Below, piece after piece: positions 38,101-53,100 of a DNA stretch of 64,000 nucleotides. The notes below the pieces were generated by a model. The model did no database searches. It saw nothing but the letters and a program-made list of their open reading frames with translations, and had not been told where the DNA came from. Numbering within the stretch: the first letter of the stretch is position 1; each line of letters begins with the position of its first letter. The position numbers were made by a program, and so were the translations under genes. Origin of the DNA: the human T2T-CHM13v2.0 reference genome, Homo sapiens. The DNA is taken from assembly GCF_009914755.1 (NCBI RefSeq), contig NC_060930.1. One strand, 5' to 3'.

Positions 38101-41100
38101 AGCGCATTGAAGCCCACAGTAGAAAAGGAAATAACTTCACCTAAAACCTAGACAGAAGCAATCTCAGAAACTACTTTGTGATGTGTACATTCAACTCACA
38201 GAGTGGAACTTTCCTCTTTATAGAGCAGTGTTGAAACACTCTTTTTGTAGAAACTGCAAGTGGATATTTGGACCTCTTTGAGGCCTTCGTTGGAAACGGG
38301 ATTTCTTCCTATAACCCTAGACAGAAGAATTTTCAGAAACCTCATTGTGATGTGTGCGTTCATCTCACAGAGTGGAGTCTTCCGTTTGATAGAGAAGTTT
38401 TGAAACCCTGTTCTTGTAGGATTTCCAAGTGGATATTTAGACCACTTTGAAGCCTATGATAGAAAAGGAAACATCTTCATGGAAAACATAGATAGAATCA
38501 TCCTCAGAAACAACTTTGTGATGTGTGCGTTGAACTCACCGTCTTTAACCTTTCTTTTGGTAGAGAAGTTTTGAAACACTCTCTTTGTAAAGCCTACAAG
38601 TGGATATTTTGAGCCCTTGGAGGCATTCTTTGGAAAAGGGAATGTCTTCACATAAAAGGCAGACGGAAGTGTTCTCAGAAACTGCTTTGTGATGTCTGTG
38701 TTCAACTCACAGAGTTTAACATTTCCTTTGATAGAGCGGTTTAGTAACCCTCTCTTTGTAGAATTTGGAAGTGTATACTAAGAGCGCTTTGAGGCCTATG
38801 GTAGAAAAGGAAATATCTTTCCATAAAAGCTAGACAGAAGCAATCTCAGAAACTCCTCTGTGATGTCTGCATTCAACTCACCGAGTGGAACATTCCTCTT
38901 GAGAGAGCAGTTTGGAAACACTCTTTCTGTAGAATCAGCTTGTTTGTATTTGGACCTCCTTGAGGCCTTCGTTGGAAACGGGTTTTCATCTTATAAACCC
39001 AGACAGAAGAATTCTCAGAGTCTTCTTTGTGATGTGTGCTTTCAACTCACCGAGATAAAGATTTCTCTTGATAGAGCAATTTGGAAACACTCTTTTTGTA
39101 GAATTTGCAAGGGTACATTGAGAGCGCTTTCAGGCCTATGGTAGAAAAGGGAATATCTTTCCATAAAAGGTAGACAGAAGCAATCTCAGAAACTACTTTG
39201 TGATGTGTGCATTCAACTCACCGAGTGCAACGTTCCTCTTGACCGAGCAGTTTGGAAACATTGTTTCTGTAGAATCTGCAAGTGGATATTTGGACCTCTT
39301 TGAGGCCTTCGTTGGAAAGGGGATTTCTTCCTATAACCCCAGACAGAAGAATTCTCAGAGACTTCTTTGTGATGTGTGAATTCAACTCACAGTGTGGATC
39401 CTTCCTTTTGATAGAGCAGTTTTGAAACCCTGTTTTTGTAGTATTTCCAAGCGGATATTTGGAACGCCTTGAAGCGTATGGTAGAAAAGGAAATATCTTC
39501 CCATAAAACCTAGACAGAACCAATCTCAGAAACGACTTTGTGATGTCTGCATTCAAGTCACAGAGTTGAACATTTCTCTTGATAGAGCAGTTTTGAAACC
39601 CTCTTTCTGAAGGATCTGCAAGTGGATATTTGGAACTCCTTTGGGTCTTCGTTGGAAACGGGATTTCTTCGTATAAATCTAGACAGAAGAATTCTCCGAA
39701 ACTTCTTTGGTTGTGTGCATTCAAGTCACAGAGTGGAACCTTCCTTTGGATAGAGCAGTTTGAAACGCCGTGGTTGTAGTATTTCCAAGCGGATATTAGA
39801 GCGCCTTGAGGCCTATGGTAGAAAAGGAAATATCTTCCCATAAAACCTAGACGGAAGCAATCTCAGAAACTACTGTGTGATGGCTGCATTCCACACACAC
39901 GGTGGAACATTTCTCTTGATAGAGCAGTTTTGAAACACTCTTTCTGTAGAATCTGCAAGTGGATAATTGGACCGCCTTGAGGCCTTCGTTGGAAACGGGA
40001 TTTCTTCATGTTACTCTAGATAGAAGAATTCTCAAACACTGCTATGTGATGTTTGCATTCAAGTCACAGAGTGCAACATTCCTCTTGGTAGAGCAGTTGG
40101 GAAACACTCCTTTTGTAGAATCTGCAATGGGATATTTGGACTTCTTTGAGGCCTTCGTTGGAAACGGGATTTCTTCGTATGAATCTAGACAGAAGAATTC
40201 TCAGAAACTTCCTTGTGATGTGTGCATTCAACTCAGCGAGTGGCACCTTCCTTTGGATACAGCAGTTTTGAAACACTGTTTTTGTAGTATTTCCAAGCGG
40301 ATATTTAGAGCGCCTTGAAGCCTATGCTAGAAATGGAAATATCTCCCCATAAAACCAAGACAGAAGCAATCTCAGAAACTAATGTGTGATGGCTGCATTC
40401 CACACACACGGTGGACCATTTCTCTTGATAGAGCAGTTTTGAAACACTCTTTCTGTAGAATCTGCAAGTGGATAATTGGACCTCCTAGAGGCCTTCGTTG
40501 GAAACGGGATTTCTTCATCTAAACCTACAGAGAAGAATTCTCAGTAACTTCTTCGGATGTGTGCATTCGACGCACAGAATGGAACATTCCCTTTGATAGA
40601 GCAGTTTTGAGACACCGTTTTTGTAGAATTCCCAAGTGGATATTTAGAGCACTTTGAAGTCTCTGCTAGAAAAGGAAACATCTTCATGTAAAAAGTAGAT
40701 AGAATCGTTCTCAGAAAGTGCTTAGTGACGTGTGCGTTCAACTCACAGAGTTTAACGTTTCTTTTGATAGAGCGTTTCTGAAACACCCTTCTTGTAGTAG
40801 CTGCAAGTGGATATTTGGACCTATTGGAGGCCTTCTTTGGAAACGGGATTTCTTCATGTAACTCTAGATTGAAGAATTCTCAGAAACTCCTTTGTGATGT
40901 GTGCATTCAATTCAAAGAGTGAAACCTCCCTTTTCACAGAGCAGTTTTGAAACACTGTTTTTGTAGGATTTCCAAGGGGATATTTATAGCGCATTGAGCC
41001 TACGGCGGAAAAAGAAACATCTTCCTATAAAAACTAGACAGAATACTTCTCAGAATCTGCTTTGCGATGTGTGCGTTCAACTCACAGAGTAAAACTTTTC

Positions 41101-44100
41101 TTTTGATAGAGCAGTTTTGAAACACTCTTTTTGTAGTATTTGCATGTGTATATTTAGAGCGCATTGAAGCCCACAGTAGAAAAGGAAATAACTTCACCTA
41201 AAACCTAGACAGAAGCAATCTCAGAAACTACTTTGTGATGTGTACATTCAACTCACAGAGTGGAACTTTCCTCTTTATAGAGCAGTGTTGAAACACTCTT
41301 TTTGTAGAAACTGCAAGTGGATATTTGGACCTCTTTGAGGCCTTCGTTGGAAACGGGATTTCTTCCTATAACCCTAGACAGAAGAATTTTCAGAAACCTC
41401 ATTGTGATGTGTGCGTTCATCTCACAGAGTGGAGTCTTCCGTTTGATAGAGAAGTTTTGAAACCCTGTTCTTGTAGGATTTCCAAGTGGATATTTAGACC
41501 ACTTTGAAGCCTATGATAGAAAAGGAAACATCTTCATGGAAAACATAGATAGAATCATCCTCAGAAACAACTTTGTGATGTGTGCGTTGAACTCACCGTC
41601 TTTAACCTTTCTTTTGGTAGAGAAGTTTTGAAACACTCTCTTTGTAAAGTCTACAAGTGGATATTTTGAGCCCTTGGAGGCATTCTTTGGAAAAGGGAAT
41701 GTCTTCACATAAAAGGCAGACGGAAGTGTTCTCAGAAACTGCTTTGTGATGTCTGTGTTCAACTCACAGAGTTTAACATTTCCTTTGATAGAGCGGTTTA
41801 GTAACCCTCTCTTTGTAGAATTTGGAAGTGTATACTAAGAGCGCTTTGAGGCCTATGGTAGAAAAGGAAATATCTTTCCATAAAAGCTAGACAGAAGCAA
41901 TCTCAGAAACTCCTCTGTGATGTCTGCATTCAACTCACCGAGTGGAACATTCCTCTTGAGAGAGCAGTTTGGAAACACTCTTTCTGTAGAATCAGCTTGT
42001 TTGTATTTGGACCTCCTTGAGGCCTTCGTTGGAAACGGGTTTTCATCTTATAAACCCAGACAGAAGAATTCTCAGAGTCTTCTTTGTGATGTGTGCTTTC
42101 AACTCACCGAGATAAAGATTTCTCTTGATAGAGCAATTTGGAAACACTCTTTTTGTAGAATTTGCAAGGGTACATTGAGAGCGCTTTCAGGCCTATGGTA
42201 GAAAAGGGAATATCTTTCCATAAAAGGTAGACAGAAGCAATCTCAGAAACTACTTTGTGATGTGTGCATTCAACTCACCGAGTGCAACGTTCCTCTTGAC
42301 CGAGCAGTTTGGAAACATTGTTTCTGTAGAATCTGCAAGTGGATATTTGGACCTCTTTGAGGCCTTCGTTGGAAACGGGATTTCTTCCTATAAACCCAGA
42401 CAGAAGAATTCTCAGAGACTTCTTTGTGATGTGTGAATTCAACTCACAGTGTGGATCCTTCCTTTTGATAGAGCAGTTTTGAAACCCTGTTTTTGTAGTA
42501 TTTCCAAGCGGATATTTGGAACGCCTTGAAGCGTATGGTAGAAAAGGAAATATCTTCCCATAAAACCTAGACAGAACCAATCTCAGAAACGACTTTGTGA
42601 TGTCTGCATTCAAGTCACAGAGTTGAACATTTCTCTTGATAGAGCAGTTTTGAAACCCTCTTTCTGAAGGATCTGCAAGTGGATATTTGGAACTCCTTTG
42701 GGTCTTCGTTGGAAACGGGATTTCTTCGTATAAATCTAGACAGAAGAATTCTCCGAAACTTCTTTGGTTGTGTGCATTCAAGTCACAGAGTGGAACCTTC
42801 CTTTGGATAGAGCAGTTTGAAACGCCGTGGTTGTAGTATTTCCAAGCGGATATTAGAGCGCCTTGAGGCCTATGGTAGAAAAGGAAATATCTTCCCATAA
42901 AACCTAGACGGAAGCAATCTCAGAAACTACTGTGTGATGGCTGCATTCCACACACACGGTGGAACATTTCTTTTGATAGAGCAGTTTTGAAACACTCTTT
43001 CTGTAGAATCTGCAAGTGGATAATTGGACCGCCTTGAGGCCTTCGTTGGAAACGGGATTTCTTCATGTTACTCTAGATAGAAGAATTCTCAAACACTGCT
43101 ATGTGATGTTTGCATTCAAGTCACAGAGTGCAACATTCCTCTTGGTAGAGCAGTTGGGAAACACTCCTTTTGTAGAATCTGCAATGGGATATTTGGACTT
43201 CTTTGAGGCCTTCGTTGGAAACGGGATTTCTTCGTATGAATCTAGACAGAAGAATTCTCAGAAACTTCCTTGTGATGTGTGCATTCAACTCAGCGAGTGG
43301 CACCTTCCTTTGGATACAGCAGTTTTGAAACACTGTTTTTGTAGTATTTCCAAGCGGATATTTAGAGCGCCTTGAAGCCTATGCTAGAAATGGAAATATC
43401 TCCCCATAAAACCAAGACAGAAGCAATCTCAGAAACTAATGTGTGATGGCTGCATTCCACACACACGGTGGACCATTTCTCTTGATAGAGCAGTTTTGAA
43501 ACACTCTTTCTGTAGAATCTGCAAGTGGATAATTGGACCTCCTAGAGGCCTTCGTTGGAAACGGGATTTCTTCATCTAAACCTACAGAGAAGAATTCTCA
43601 GTAACTTCTTCGGATGTGTGCATTCGATGCACAGAATGGAACATTCCCTTTGATAGAGCAGTTTTGAGACACCGTTTTTGTAGAATTCCCAAGTGGATAT
43701 TTAGAGCACTTTGAAGTCTCTGCTAGAAAAGGAAACATCTTCATGTAAAAAGTAGATAGAATCGTTCTCAGAAAGTGCTTAGTGACGTGTGCGTTCAACT
43801 CACAGAGTTTAACGTTTCTTTTGATAGAGCGTTTCTGAAACACCCTTCTTGTAGTAGCTGCAAGTGGATATTTGGACCTATTGGAGGCCTTCTTTGGAAA
43901 CGGGATTTCTTCATGTAACTCTAGATTGAAGAATTCTCAGAAACTCCTTTGTGATGTGTGCATTCAATTCAAAGAGTGAAACCTCCCTTTTCACAGAGCA
44001 GTTTTGAAACACTGTTTTTGTAGGATTTCCAAGGGGATATTTATAGCGCATTGAGCCTACGGCGGAAAAAGAAACATCTTCCTATAAAAACTAGACAGAA

Positions 44101-47100
44101 TACTTCTCAGAATCTGCTTTGCGATGTGTGCGTTCAACTCACAGAGTAAAACTTTTCTTTTGATAGAGCAGTTTTGAAACACTCTTTTTGTAGTATTTGC
44201 ATGTGTATATTTAGAGCGCATTGAAGCCCACAGTAGAAAAGGAAATAACTTCACCTAAAACCTAGACAGAAGCAATCTCAGAAACTACTTTGTGATGTGT
44301 ACATTCAACTCACAGAGTGGAACTTTCCTCTTTATAGAGCAGTGTTGAAACACTCTTTTTGTAGAAACTGCAAGTGGATATTTGGACCTCTTTGAGGCCT
44401 TCGTTGGAAACGGGATTTCTTCCTATAACCCTAGACAGAAGAATTTTCAGAAACCTCATTGTGATGTGTGCGTTCATCTCACAGAGTGGAGTCTTCCGTT
44501 TGATAGAGAAGTTTTGAAACCCTGTTCTTGTAGGATTTCCAAGTGGATATTTAGACCACTTTGAAGCCTATGATAGAAAAGGAAACATCTTCATGGAAAA
44601 CATAGATAGAATCATCCTCAGAAACAACTTTGTGATGTGTGCGTTGAACTCACCGTCTTTAACCTTTCTTTTGGTAGAGAAGTTTTGAAACACTCTCTTT
44701 GTAAAGTCTACAAGTGGATATTTTGAGCCCTTGGAGGCATTCTTTGGAAAAGGGAATGTCTTCACATAAAAGGCAGACGGAAGTGTTCTCAGAAACTGCT
44801 TTGTGATGTCTGTGTTCAACTCACAGAGTTTAACATTTCCTTTGATAGAGCGGTTTAGTAACCCTCTCTTTGTAGAATTTGGAAGTGTATACTAAGAGCG
44901 CTTTGAGGCCTATGGTAGAAAAGGAAATATCTTTCCATAAAAGCTAGACAGAAGCAATCTCAGAAACTCCTCTGTGATGTCTGCATTCAACTCACCGAGT
45001 GGAACATTCCTCTTGAGAGAGCAGTTTGGAAACACTCTTTCTGTAGAATCAGCTTGTTTGTATTTGGACCTCCTTGAGGCCTTCGTTGGAAACGGGTTTT
45101 CATCTTATAAACCCAGACAGAAGAATTCTCAGAGTCTTCTTTGTGATGTGTGCTTTCAACTCACCGAGATAAAGATTTCTCTTGATAGAGCAATTTGGAA
45201 ACACTCTTTTTGTAGAATTTGCAAGGGTACATTGAGAGCGCTTTCAGGCCTATGGTAGAAAAGGGAATATCTTTCCATAAAAGGTAGACAGAAGCAATCT
45301 CAGAAACTACTTTGTGATGTGTGCATTCAACTCACCGAGTGCAACGTTCCTCTTGACCGAGCAGTTTGGAAACATTGTTTCTGTAGAATCTGCAAGTGGA
45401 TATTTGGACCTCTTTGAGGCCTTCGTTGGAAAGGGGATTTCTTCCTATAAACCCAGACAGAAGAATTCTCAGAGACTTCTTTGTGATGTGTGAATTCAAC
45501 TCACAGTGTGGATCCTTCCTTTTGATAGAGCAGTTTTGAAACCCTGTTTTTGTAGTATTTCCAAGCGGATATTTGGAACGCCTTGAAGCGTATGGTAGAA
45601 AAGGAAATATCTTCCCATAAAACCTAGACAGAACCAATCTCAGAAACGACTTTGTGATGTCTGCATTCAAGTCACAGAGTTGAACATTTCTCTTGATAGA
45701 GCAGTTTTGAAACCCTCTTTCTGAAGGATCTGCAAGTGGATATTTGGAACTCCTTTGGGTCTTCGTTGGAAACGGGATTTCTTCGTATAAATCTAGACAG
45801 AAGAATTCTCCGAAACTTCCTTGGTTGTGTGCATTCAAGTCACAGAGTGGAACCTTCCTTTGGATAGAGCAGTTTGAAACGCCATGGTTGTAGTATTTCC
45901 AAGCGGATATTAGAGCGCCTTGAGGCCTATGGTAGAAAAGGAAATATCTTCCCATAAAACCTAGACGGAAGCAATCTCAGAAACTACTGTGTGATGGCTG
46001 CATTCCACACACACGGTGGAACATTTCTCTTGATAGAGCAGTTTTGAAACACTCTTTCTGTAGAATCTGCAAGTGGATAATTGGACCGCCTTGAGGCCTT
46101 CGTTGGAAACGGGATTTCTTCATGTTACTCTAGATAGAAGAATTCTCAAACACTGCTATGTGATGTTTGCATTCAAGTCACAGAGTGCAACATTCCTCTT
46201 GGTAGAGCAGTTGGGAAACACTCCTTTTGTAGAATCTGCAATGGGATATTTGGACTTCTTTGAGGCCTTCGTTGGAAACGGGATTTCTTCGTATGAATCT
46301 AGACAGAAGAATTCTCAGAAACTTCCTTGTGATGTGTGCATTCAACTCAGCGAGTGGCACCTTCCTTTGGATACAGCAGTTTTGAAACACTGTTTTTATA
46401 GTATTTCCAAGCGGATATTTAGAGCGCCTTGAAGCCTATGCTAGAAATGGAAATATCTCCCCATAAAACCAAGACAGAAGCAATCTCAGAAACTAATGTG
46501 TGATGGCTGCATTCCACACACACGGTGGACCATTTCTCTTGATAGAGCAGTTTTGAAACACTCTTTCTGTAGAATCTGCAAGTGGATAATTGGACCTCCT
46601 AGAGGCCTTCGTTGGAAACGGGATTTCTTCATCTAAACCTACAGAGAAGAATTCTCAGTAACTTCTTCGGATGTGTGCATTCGACTCACAGAATGGAACA
46701 TTCCCTTTGATAGAGCAGTTTTGAGACACCGTTTTTGTAGAATTCCCAAGTGGATATTTAGAGCACTTTGAAGTCTCTGCTAGAAAAGGAAACATCTTCA
46801 TGTAAAAAGTAGATAGAATCGTTCTCAGAAAGTGCTTAGTGACGTGTGCGTTCAACTCACAGAGTTTAACGTTTCTTTTGATAGAGCGTTTCTGAAACAC
46901 CCTTCTTGTAGTAGCTGCAAGTGGATATTTGGACCTATTGGAGGCCTTCTTTGGAAACGGGATTTCTTCATGTAACTCTAGATTGAAGAATTCTCAGAAA
47001 CTCCTTTGTGATGTGTGCATTCAATTCAAAGAGTGAAACCTCCCTTTTCACAGAGCAGTTTTGAAACACTGTTTTTGTAGGATTTCCAAGGGGATATTTA

Positions 47101-50100
47101 TAGCGCATTGAGCCTACGGCGGAAAAAGAAACATCTTCCTATAAAAACTAGACAGAATACTTCTCAGAATCTGCTTTGCGATGTGTGCGTTCAACTCACA
47201 GAGTAAAACTTTTCTTTTGATAGAGCAGTTTTGAAGCACTCTTTTTGTAGTATTTGCATGTGTATATTTAGAGCGCATTGAAGCCCACAGTAGAAAAGGA
47301 AATAACTTCACCTAAAACCTAGACAGAAGCAATCTCAGAAACTACTTTGTGATGTGTACATTCAACTCACAGAGTGGAACTTTCCTCTTTATAGAGCAGT
47401 GTTGAAACACTCTTTTTGTAGAAACTGCAAGTGGATATTTGGACCTCTTTGAGGCCTTCGTTGGAAACGGGATTTCTTCCTATAACCCTAGACAGAAGAA
47501 TTTTCAGAAACCTCATTGTGATGTGTGCGTTCGTCTCACAGAGTGGAGTCTTCCGTTTGATAGAGAAGTTTTGAAACCCTGTTCTTGTAGGATTTCCAAG
47601 TGGATATTTAGACCACTTTGAAGCCTATGATAGAAAAGGAAACATCTTCATGGAAAACATAGATAGAATCATCCTCAGAAACAACTTTGTGATGTGTGCG
47701 TTGAACTCACCGTCTTTAACCTTTCTTTTGGTAGAGAAGTTTTGAAACACTCTCTTTGTAAAGTCTACAAGTGGATATTTTGAGCCCTTGGAGGCATTCT
47801 TTGGAAAAGGGAATGTCTTCACATAAAAGGCAGACGGAAGTGTTCTCAGAAACTGCTTTGTGATGTCTGTGTTCAACTCACAGAGTTTAACATTTCCTTT
47901 GATAGAGCGGTTTAGTAACCCTCTCTTTGTAGAATTTGGAAGTGTATACTAAGAGCGCTTTGAGGCCTATGGTAGAAAAGGAAATATCTTTCCATAAAAG
48001 CTAGACAGAAGCAATCTCAGAAACTCCTCTGTGATGTCTGCATTCAACTCACCGAGTGGAACATTCCTCTTGAGAGAGCAGTTTGGAAACACTCTTTCTG
48101 TAGAATCAGCTTGTTTGTATTTGGACCTCCTTGAGGCCTTCGTTGGAAACGGGTTTTCATCTTATAAACCCAGACAGAAGAATTCTCAGAGTCTTCTTTG
48201 TGATGTGTGCTTTCAACTCACCGAGATAAAGATTTCTCTTGATAGAGCAATTTGGAAACACTCTTTTTGTAGAATTTGCAAGGGTACATTGAGAGCGCTT
48301 TCAGGCCTATGGTAGAAAAGGGAATATCTTTCCATAAAAGGTAGACAGAAGCAATCTCAGAAACTACTTTGTGATGTGTGCATTCAACTCACCGAGTGCA
48401 ACGTTCCTCTTGACCGAGCAGTTTGGAAACATTGTTTCTGTAGAATCTGCAAGTGGATATTTGGACCTCTTTGAGGCCTTCGTTGGAAAGGGGATTTCTT
48501 CCTATAACCCCAGACAGAAGAATTCTCAGAGACTTCTTTGTGATGTGTGAATTCAACTCACAGTGTGGATCCTTCCTTTTGATAGAGCAGTTTTGAAACC
48601 CTGTTTTTGTAGTATTTCCAAGCGGATATTTGGAACGCCTTGAAGCGTATGGTAGAAAAGGAAATATCTTCCCATAAAACCTAGACAGAACCAATCTCAG
48701 AAACGACTTTGTGATGTCTGCATTCAAGTCACAGAGTTGAACATTTCTCTTGATAGAGCAGTTTTGAAACCCTCTTTCTGAAGGATCTGCAAGTGGATAT
48801 TTGGAACTCCTTTGGGTCTTCGTTGGAAACGGGATTTCTTCGTATAAATCTAGACAGAAGAATTCTCCGAAACTTCTTTGGTTGTGTGCATTCAAGTCAC
48901 AGAGTGGAACCTTCCTTTGGATAGAGCAGTTTGAAACGCCGTGGTTGTAGTATTTCCAAGCGGATATTAGAGCGCCTTGAGGCCTATGGTAGAAAAGGAA
49001 ATATCTTCCCATAAAACCTAGACGGAAGCAATCTCAGAAACTACTGTGTGATGGCTGCATTCCACACACACGGTGGAACATTTCTCTTGATAGAGCAGTT
49101 TTGAAACACTCTTTCTGTAGAATCTGCAAGTGGATAATTGGACCGCCTTGAGGCCTTCGTTGGAAACGGGATTTCTTCATGTTACTCTAGATAGAAGAAT
49201 TCTCAAACACTGCTATGTGATGTTTGCATTCAAGTCACAGAGTGCAACATTCCTCTTGGTAGAGCAGTTGGGAAACACTCCTTTTGTAGAATCTGCAATG
49301 GGATATTTGGACTTCTTTGAGGCCTTCGTTGGAAACGGGATTTCTTCGTATGAATCTAGACAGAAGAATTCTCAGAAACTTCCTTGTGATGTGTGCATTC
49401 AACTCAGCGAGTGGCACCTTCCTTTGGATACAGCAGTTTTGAAACACTGTTTTTGTAGTATTTCCAAGCGGATATTTAGAGCGCCTTGAAGCCTATGCTA
49501 GAAATGGAAATATCTCCCCATAAAACCAAGACAGAAGCAATCTCAGAAACTAATGTGTGATGGCTGCATTCCACACACACGGTGGACCATTTCTCTTGAT
49601 AGAGCAGTTTTGAAACACTCTTTCTGTAGAATCTGCAAGTGGATAATTGGACCTCCTAGAGGCCTTCGTTGGAAACGGGATTTCTTCATCTAAACCTACA
49701 GAGAAGAATTCTCAGTAACTTCTTCGGATGTGTGCATTCGACGCACAGAATGGAACATTCCCTTTGATAGAGCAGTTTTGAGACACCGTTTTTGTAGAAT
49801 TCCCAAGTGGATATTTAGAGCACTTTGAAGTCTCTGCTAGAAAAGGAAACATCTTCATGTAAAAAGTAGATAGAATCGTTCTCAGAAAGTGCTTAGTGAC
49901 GTGTGCGTTCAACTCACAGAGTTTAACGTTTCTTTTGATAGAGCGTTTCTGAAACACCCTTCTTGTAGTAGCTGCAAGTGGATATTTGGACCTATTGGAG
50001 GCCTTCTTTGGAAACGGGATTTCTTCATGTAACTCTAGATTGAAGAATTCTCAGAAACTCCTTTGTGATGTGTGCATTCAATTCAAAGAGTGAAACCTCC

Positions 50101-53100
50101 CTTTTCACAGAGCAGTTTTGAAACACTGTTTTTGTAGGATTTCCAAGGGGATATTTATAGCGCATTGAGCCTACGGCGGAAAAAGAAACATCTTCCTATA
50201 AAAACTAGACAGAATACTTCTCAGAATCTGCTTTGCGATGTGTGTGTTCAACTCACAGAGTAAAACTTTTCTTTTGATAGAGCAGTTTTGAAACACTCTT
50301 TTTGTAGTATTTGCATGTGTATATTTAGAGCGCATTGAAGCCCACAGTAGAAAAGGAAATAACTTCACCTAAAACCTAGACAGAAGCAATCTCAGAAACT
50401 ACTTTGTGATGTGTACATTCAACTCACAGAGTGGAACTTTCCTCTTTATAGAGCAGTGTTGAAACACTCTTTTTGTAGAAACTGCAAGTGGATATTTGGA
50501 CCTCTTTGAGGCCTTCGTTGGAAACGGGATTTCTTCCTATAACCCTAGACAGAAGAATTTTCAGAAACCTCATTGTGATGTGTGCGTTCATCTCACAGAG
50601 TGGAGTCTTCCGTTTGATAGAGAAGTTTTGAAACCCTGTTCTTGTAGGATTTCCAAGTGGATATTTAGACCACTTTGAAGCCTATGATAGAAAAGGAAAC
50701 ATCTTCATGGAAAACATAGATAGAATCATCCTCAGAAACAACTTTGTGATGTGTGCGTTGAACTCACCGTCTTTAACCTTTCTTTTGGTAGAGAAGTTTT
50801 GAAACACTCTCTTTGTAAAGTCTACAAGTGGATATTTTGAGCCCTTGGAGGCATTCTTTGGAAAAGGGAATGTCTTCACATAAAAGGCAGACGGAAGTGT
50901 TCTCAGAAACTGCTTTGTGATGTCTGTGTTCAACTCACAGAGTTTAACATTTCCTTTGATAGAGCGGTTTAGTAACCCTCTCTTTGTAGAATTTGGAAGT
51001 GTATACTAAGAGCGCTTTGAGGCCTATGGTAGAAAAGGAAATATCTTTCCATAAAAGCTAGACAGAAGCAATCTCAGAAACTCCTCTGTGATGTCTGCAT
51101 TCAACTCACCGAGTGGAACATTCCTCTTGAGAGAGCAGTTTGGAAACACTCTTTCTGTAGAATCAGCTTGTTTGTATTTGGACCTCCTTGAGGCCTTCGT
51201 TGGAAACGGGTTTTCATCTTATAAACCCAGACAGAAGAATTCTCAGAGTCTTCTTTGTGATGTGTGCTTTCAACTCACCGAGATAAAGATTTCTCTTGAT
51301 AGAGCAATTTGGAAACACTCTTTTTGTAGAATTTGCAAGGGTACATTGAGAGCGCTTTCAGGCCTATGGTAGAAAAGGGAATATCTTTCCATAAAAGGTA
51401 GACAGAAGCAATCTCAGAAACTACTTTGTGATGTGTGCATTCAACTCACCGAGTGCAACGTTCCTCTTGACCGAGCAGTTTGGAAACATTGTTTCTGTAG
51501 AATCTGCAAGTGGATATTTGGACCTCTTTGAGGCCTTCGTTGGAAACGGGATTTCTTCCTATAAACCCAGACAGAAGAATTCTCAGAGACTTCTTTGTGA
51601 TGTGTGAATTCAACTCACAGTGTGGATCCTTCCTTTTGATAGAGCAGTTTTGAAACCCTGTTTTTGTAGTATTTCCAAGCGGATATTTGGAACGCCTTGA
51701 AGCGTATGGTAGAAAAGGAAATATCTTCCCATAAAACCTAGACAGAACCAATCTCAGAAACGACTTTGTGATGTCTGCATTCAAGTCACAGAGTTGAACA
51801 TTTCTCTTGATAGAGCAGTTTTGAAACCCTCTTTCTGAAGGATCTGCAAGTGGATATTTGGAACTCCTTTGGGTCTTCGTTGGAAACGGGATTTCTTCGT
51901 ATAAATCTAGACAGAAGAATTCTCCGAAACTTCTTTGGTTGTGTGCATTCAAGTCACAGAGTGGAACCTTCCTTTGGATAGAGCAGTTTGAAACGCCGTG
52001 GTTGTAGTATTTCCAAGCGGATATTAGAGCGCCTTGAGGCCTATGGTAGAAAAGGAAATATCTTCCCATAAAACCTAGACGGAAGCAATCTCAGAAACTA
52101 CTGTGTGATGGCTGCATTCCACACACACGGTGGAACATTTCTTTTGATAGAGCAGTTTTGAAACACTCTTTCTGTAGAATCTGCAAGTGGATAATTGGAC
52201 CGCCTTGAGGCCTTCGTTGGAAACGGGATTTCTTCATGTTACTCTAGATAGAAGAATTCTCAAACACTGCTATGTGATGTTTGCATTCAAGTCACAGAGT
52301 GCAACATTCCTCTTGGTAGAGCAGTTGGGAAACACTCCTTTTGTAGAATCTGCAATGGGATATTTGGACTTCTTTGAGGCCTTCGTTGGAAACGGGATTT
52401 CTTCGTATGAATCTAGACAGAAGAATTCTCAGAAACTTCCTTGTGATGTGTGCATTCAACTCAGCGAGTGGCACCTTCCTTTGGATACAGCAGTTTTGAA
52501 ACACTGTTTTTGTAGTATTTCCAAGCGGATATTTAGAGCGCCTTGAAGCCTATGCTAGAAATGGAAATATCTCCCCATAAAACCAAGACAGAAGCAATCT
52601 CAGAAACTAATGTGTGATGGCTGCATTCCACACACACGGTGGACCATTTCTCTTGATAGAGCAGTTTTGAAACACTCTTTCTGTAGAATCTGCAAGTGGA
52701 TAATTGGACCTCCTAGAGGCCTTCGTTGGAAACGGGATTTCTTCATCTAAACCTACAGAGAAGAATTCTCAGTAACTTCTTCGGATGTGTGCATTCGATG
52801 CACAGAATGGAACATTCCCTTTGATAGAGCAGTTTTGAGACACCGTTTTTGTAGAATTCCCAAGTGGATATTTAGAGCACTTTGAAGTCTCTGCTAGAAA
52901 AGGAAACATCTTCATGTAAAAAGTAGATAGAATCGTTCTCAGAAAGTGCTTAGTGACGTGTGCGTTCAACTCACAGAGTTTAACGTTTCTTTTGATAGAG
53001 CGTTTCTGAAACACCCTTCTTGTAGTAGCTGCAAGTGGATATTTGGACCTATTGGAGGCCTTCTTTGGAAACGGGATTTCTTCATGTAACTCTAGATTGA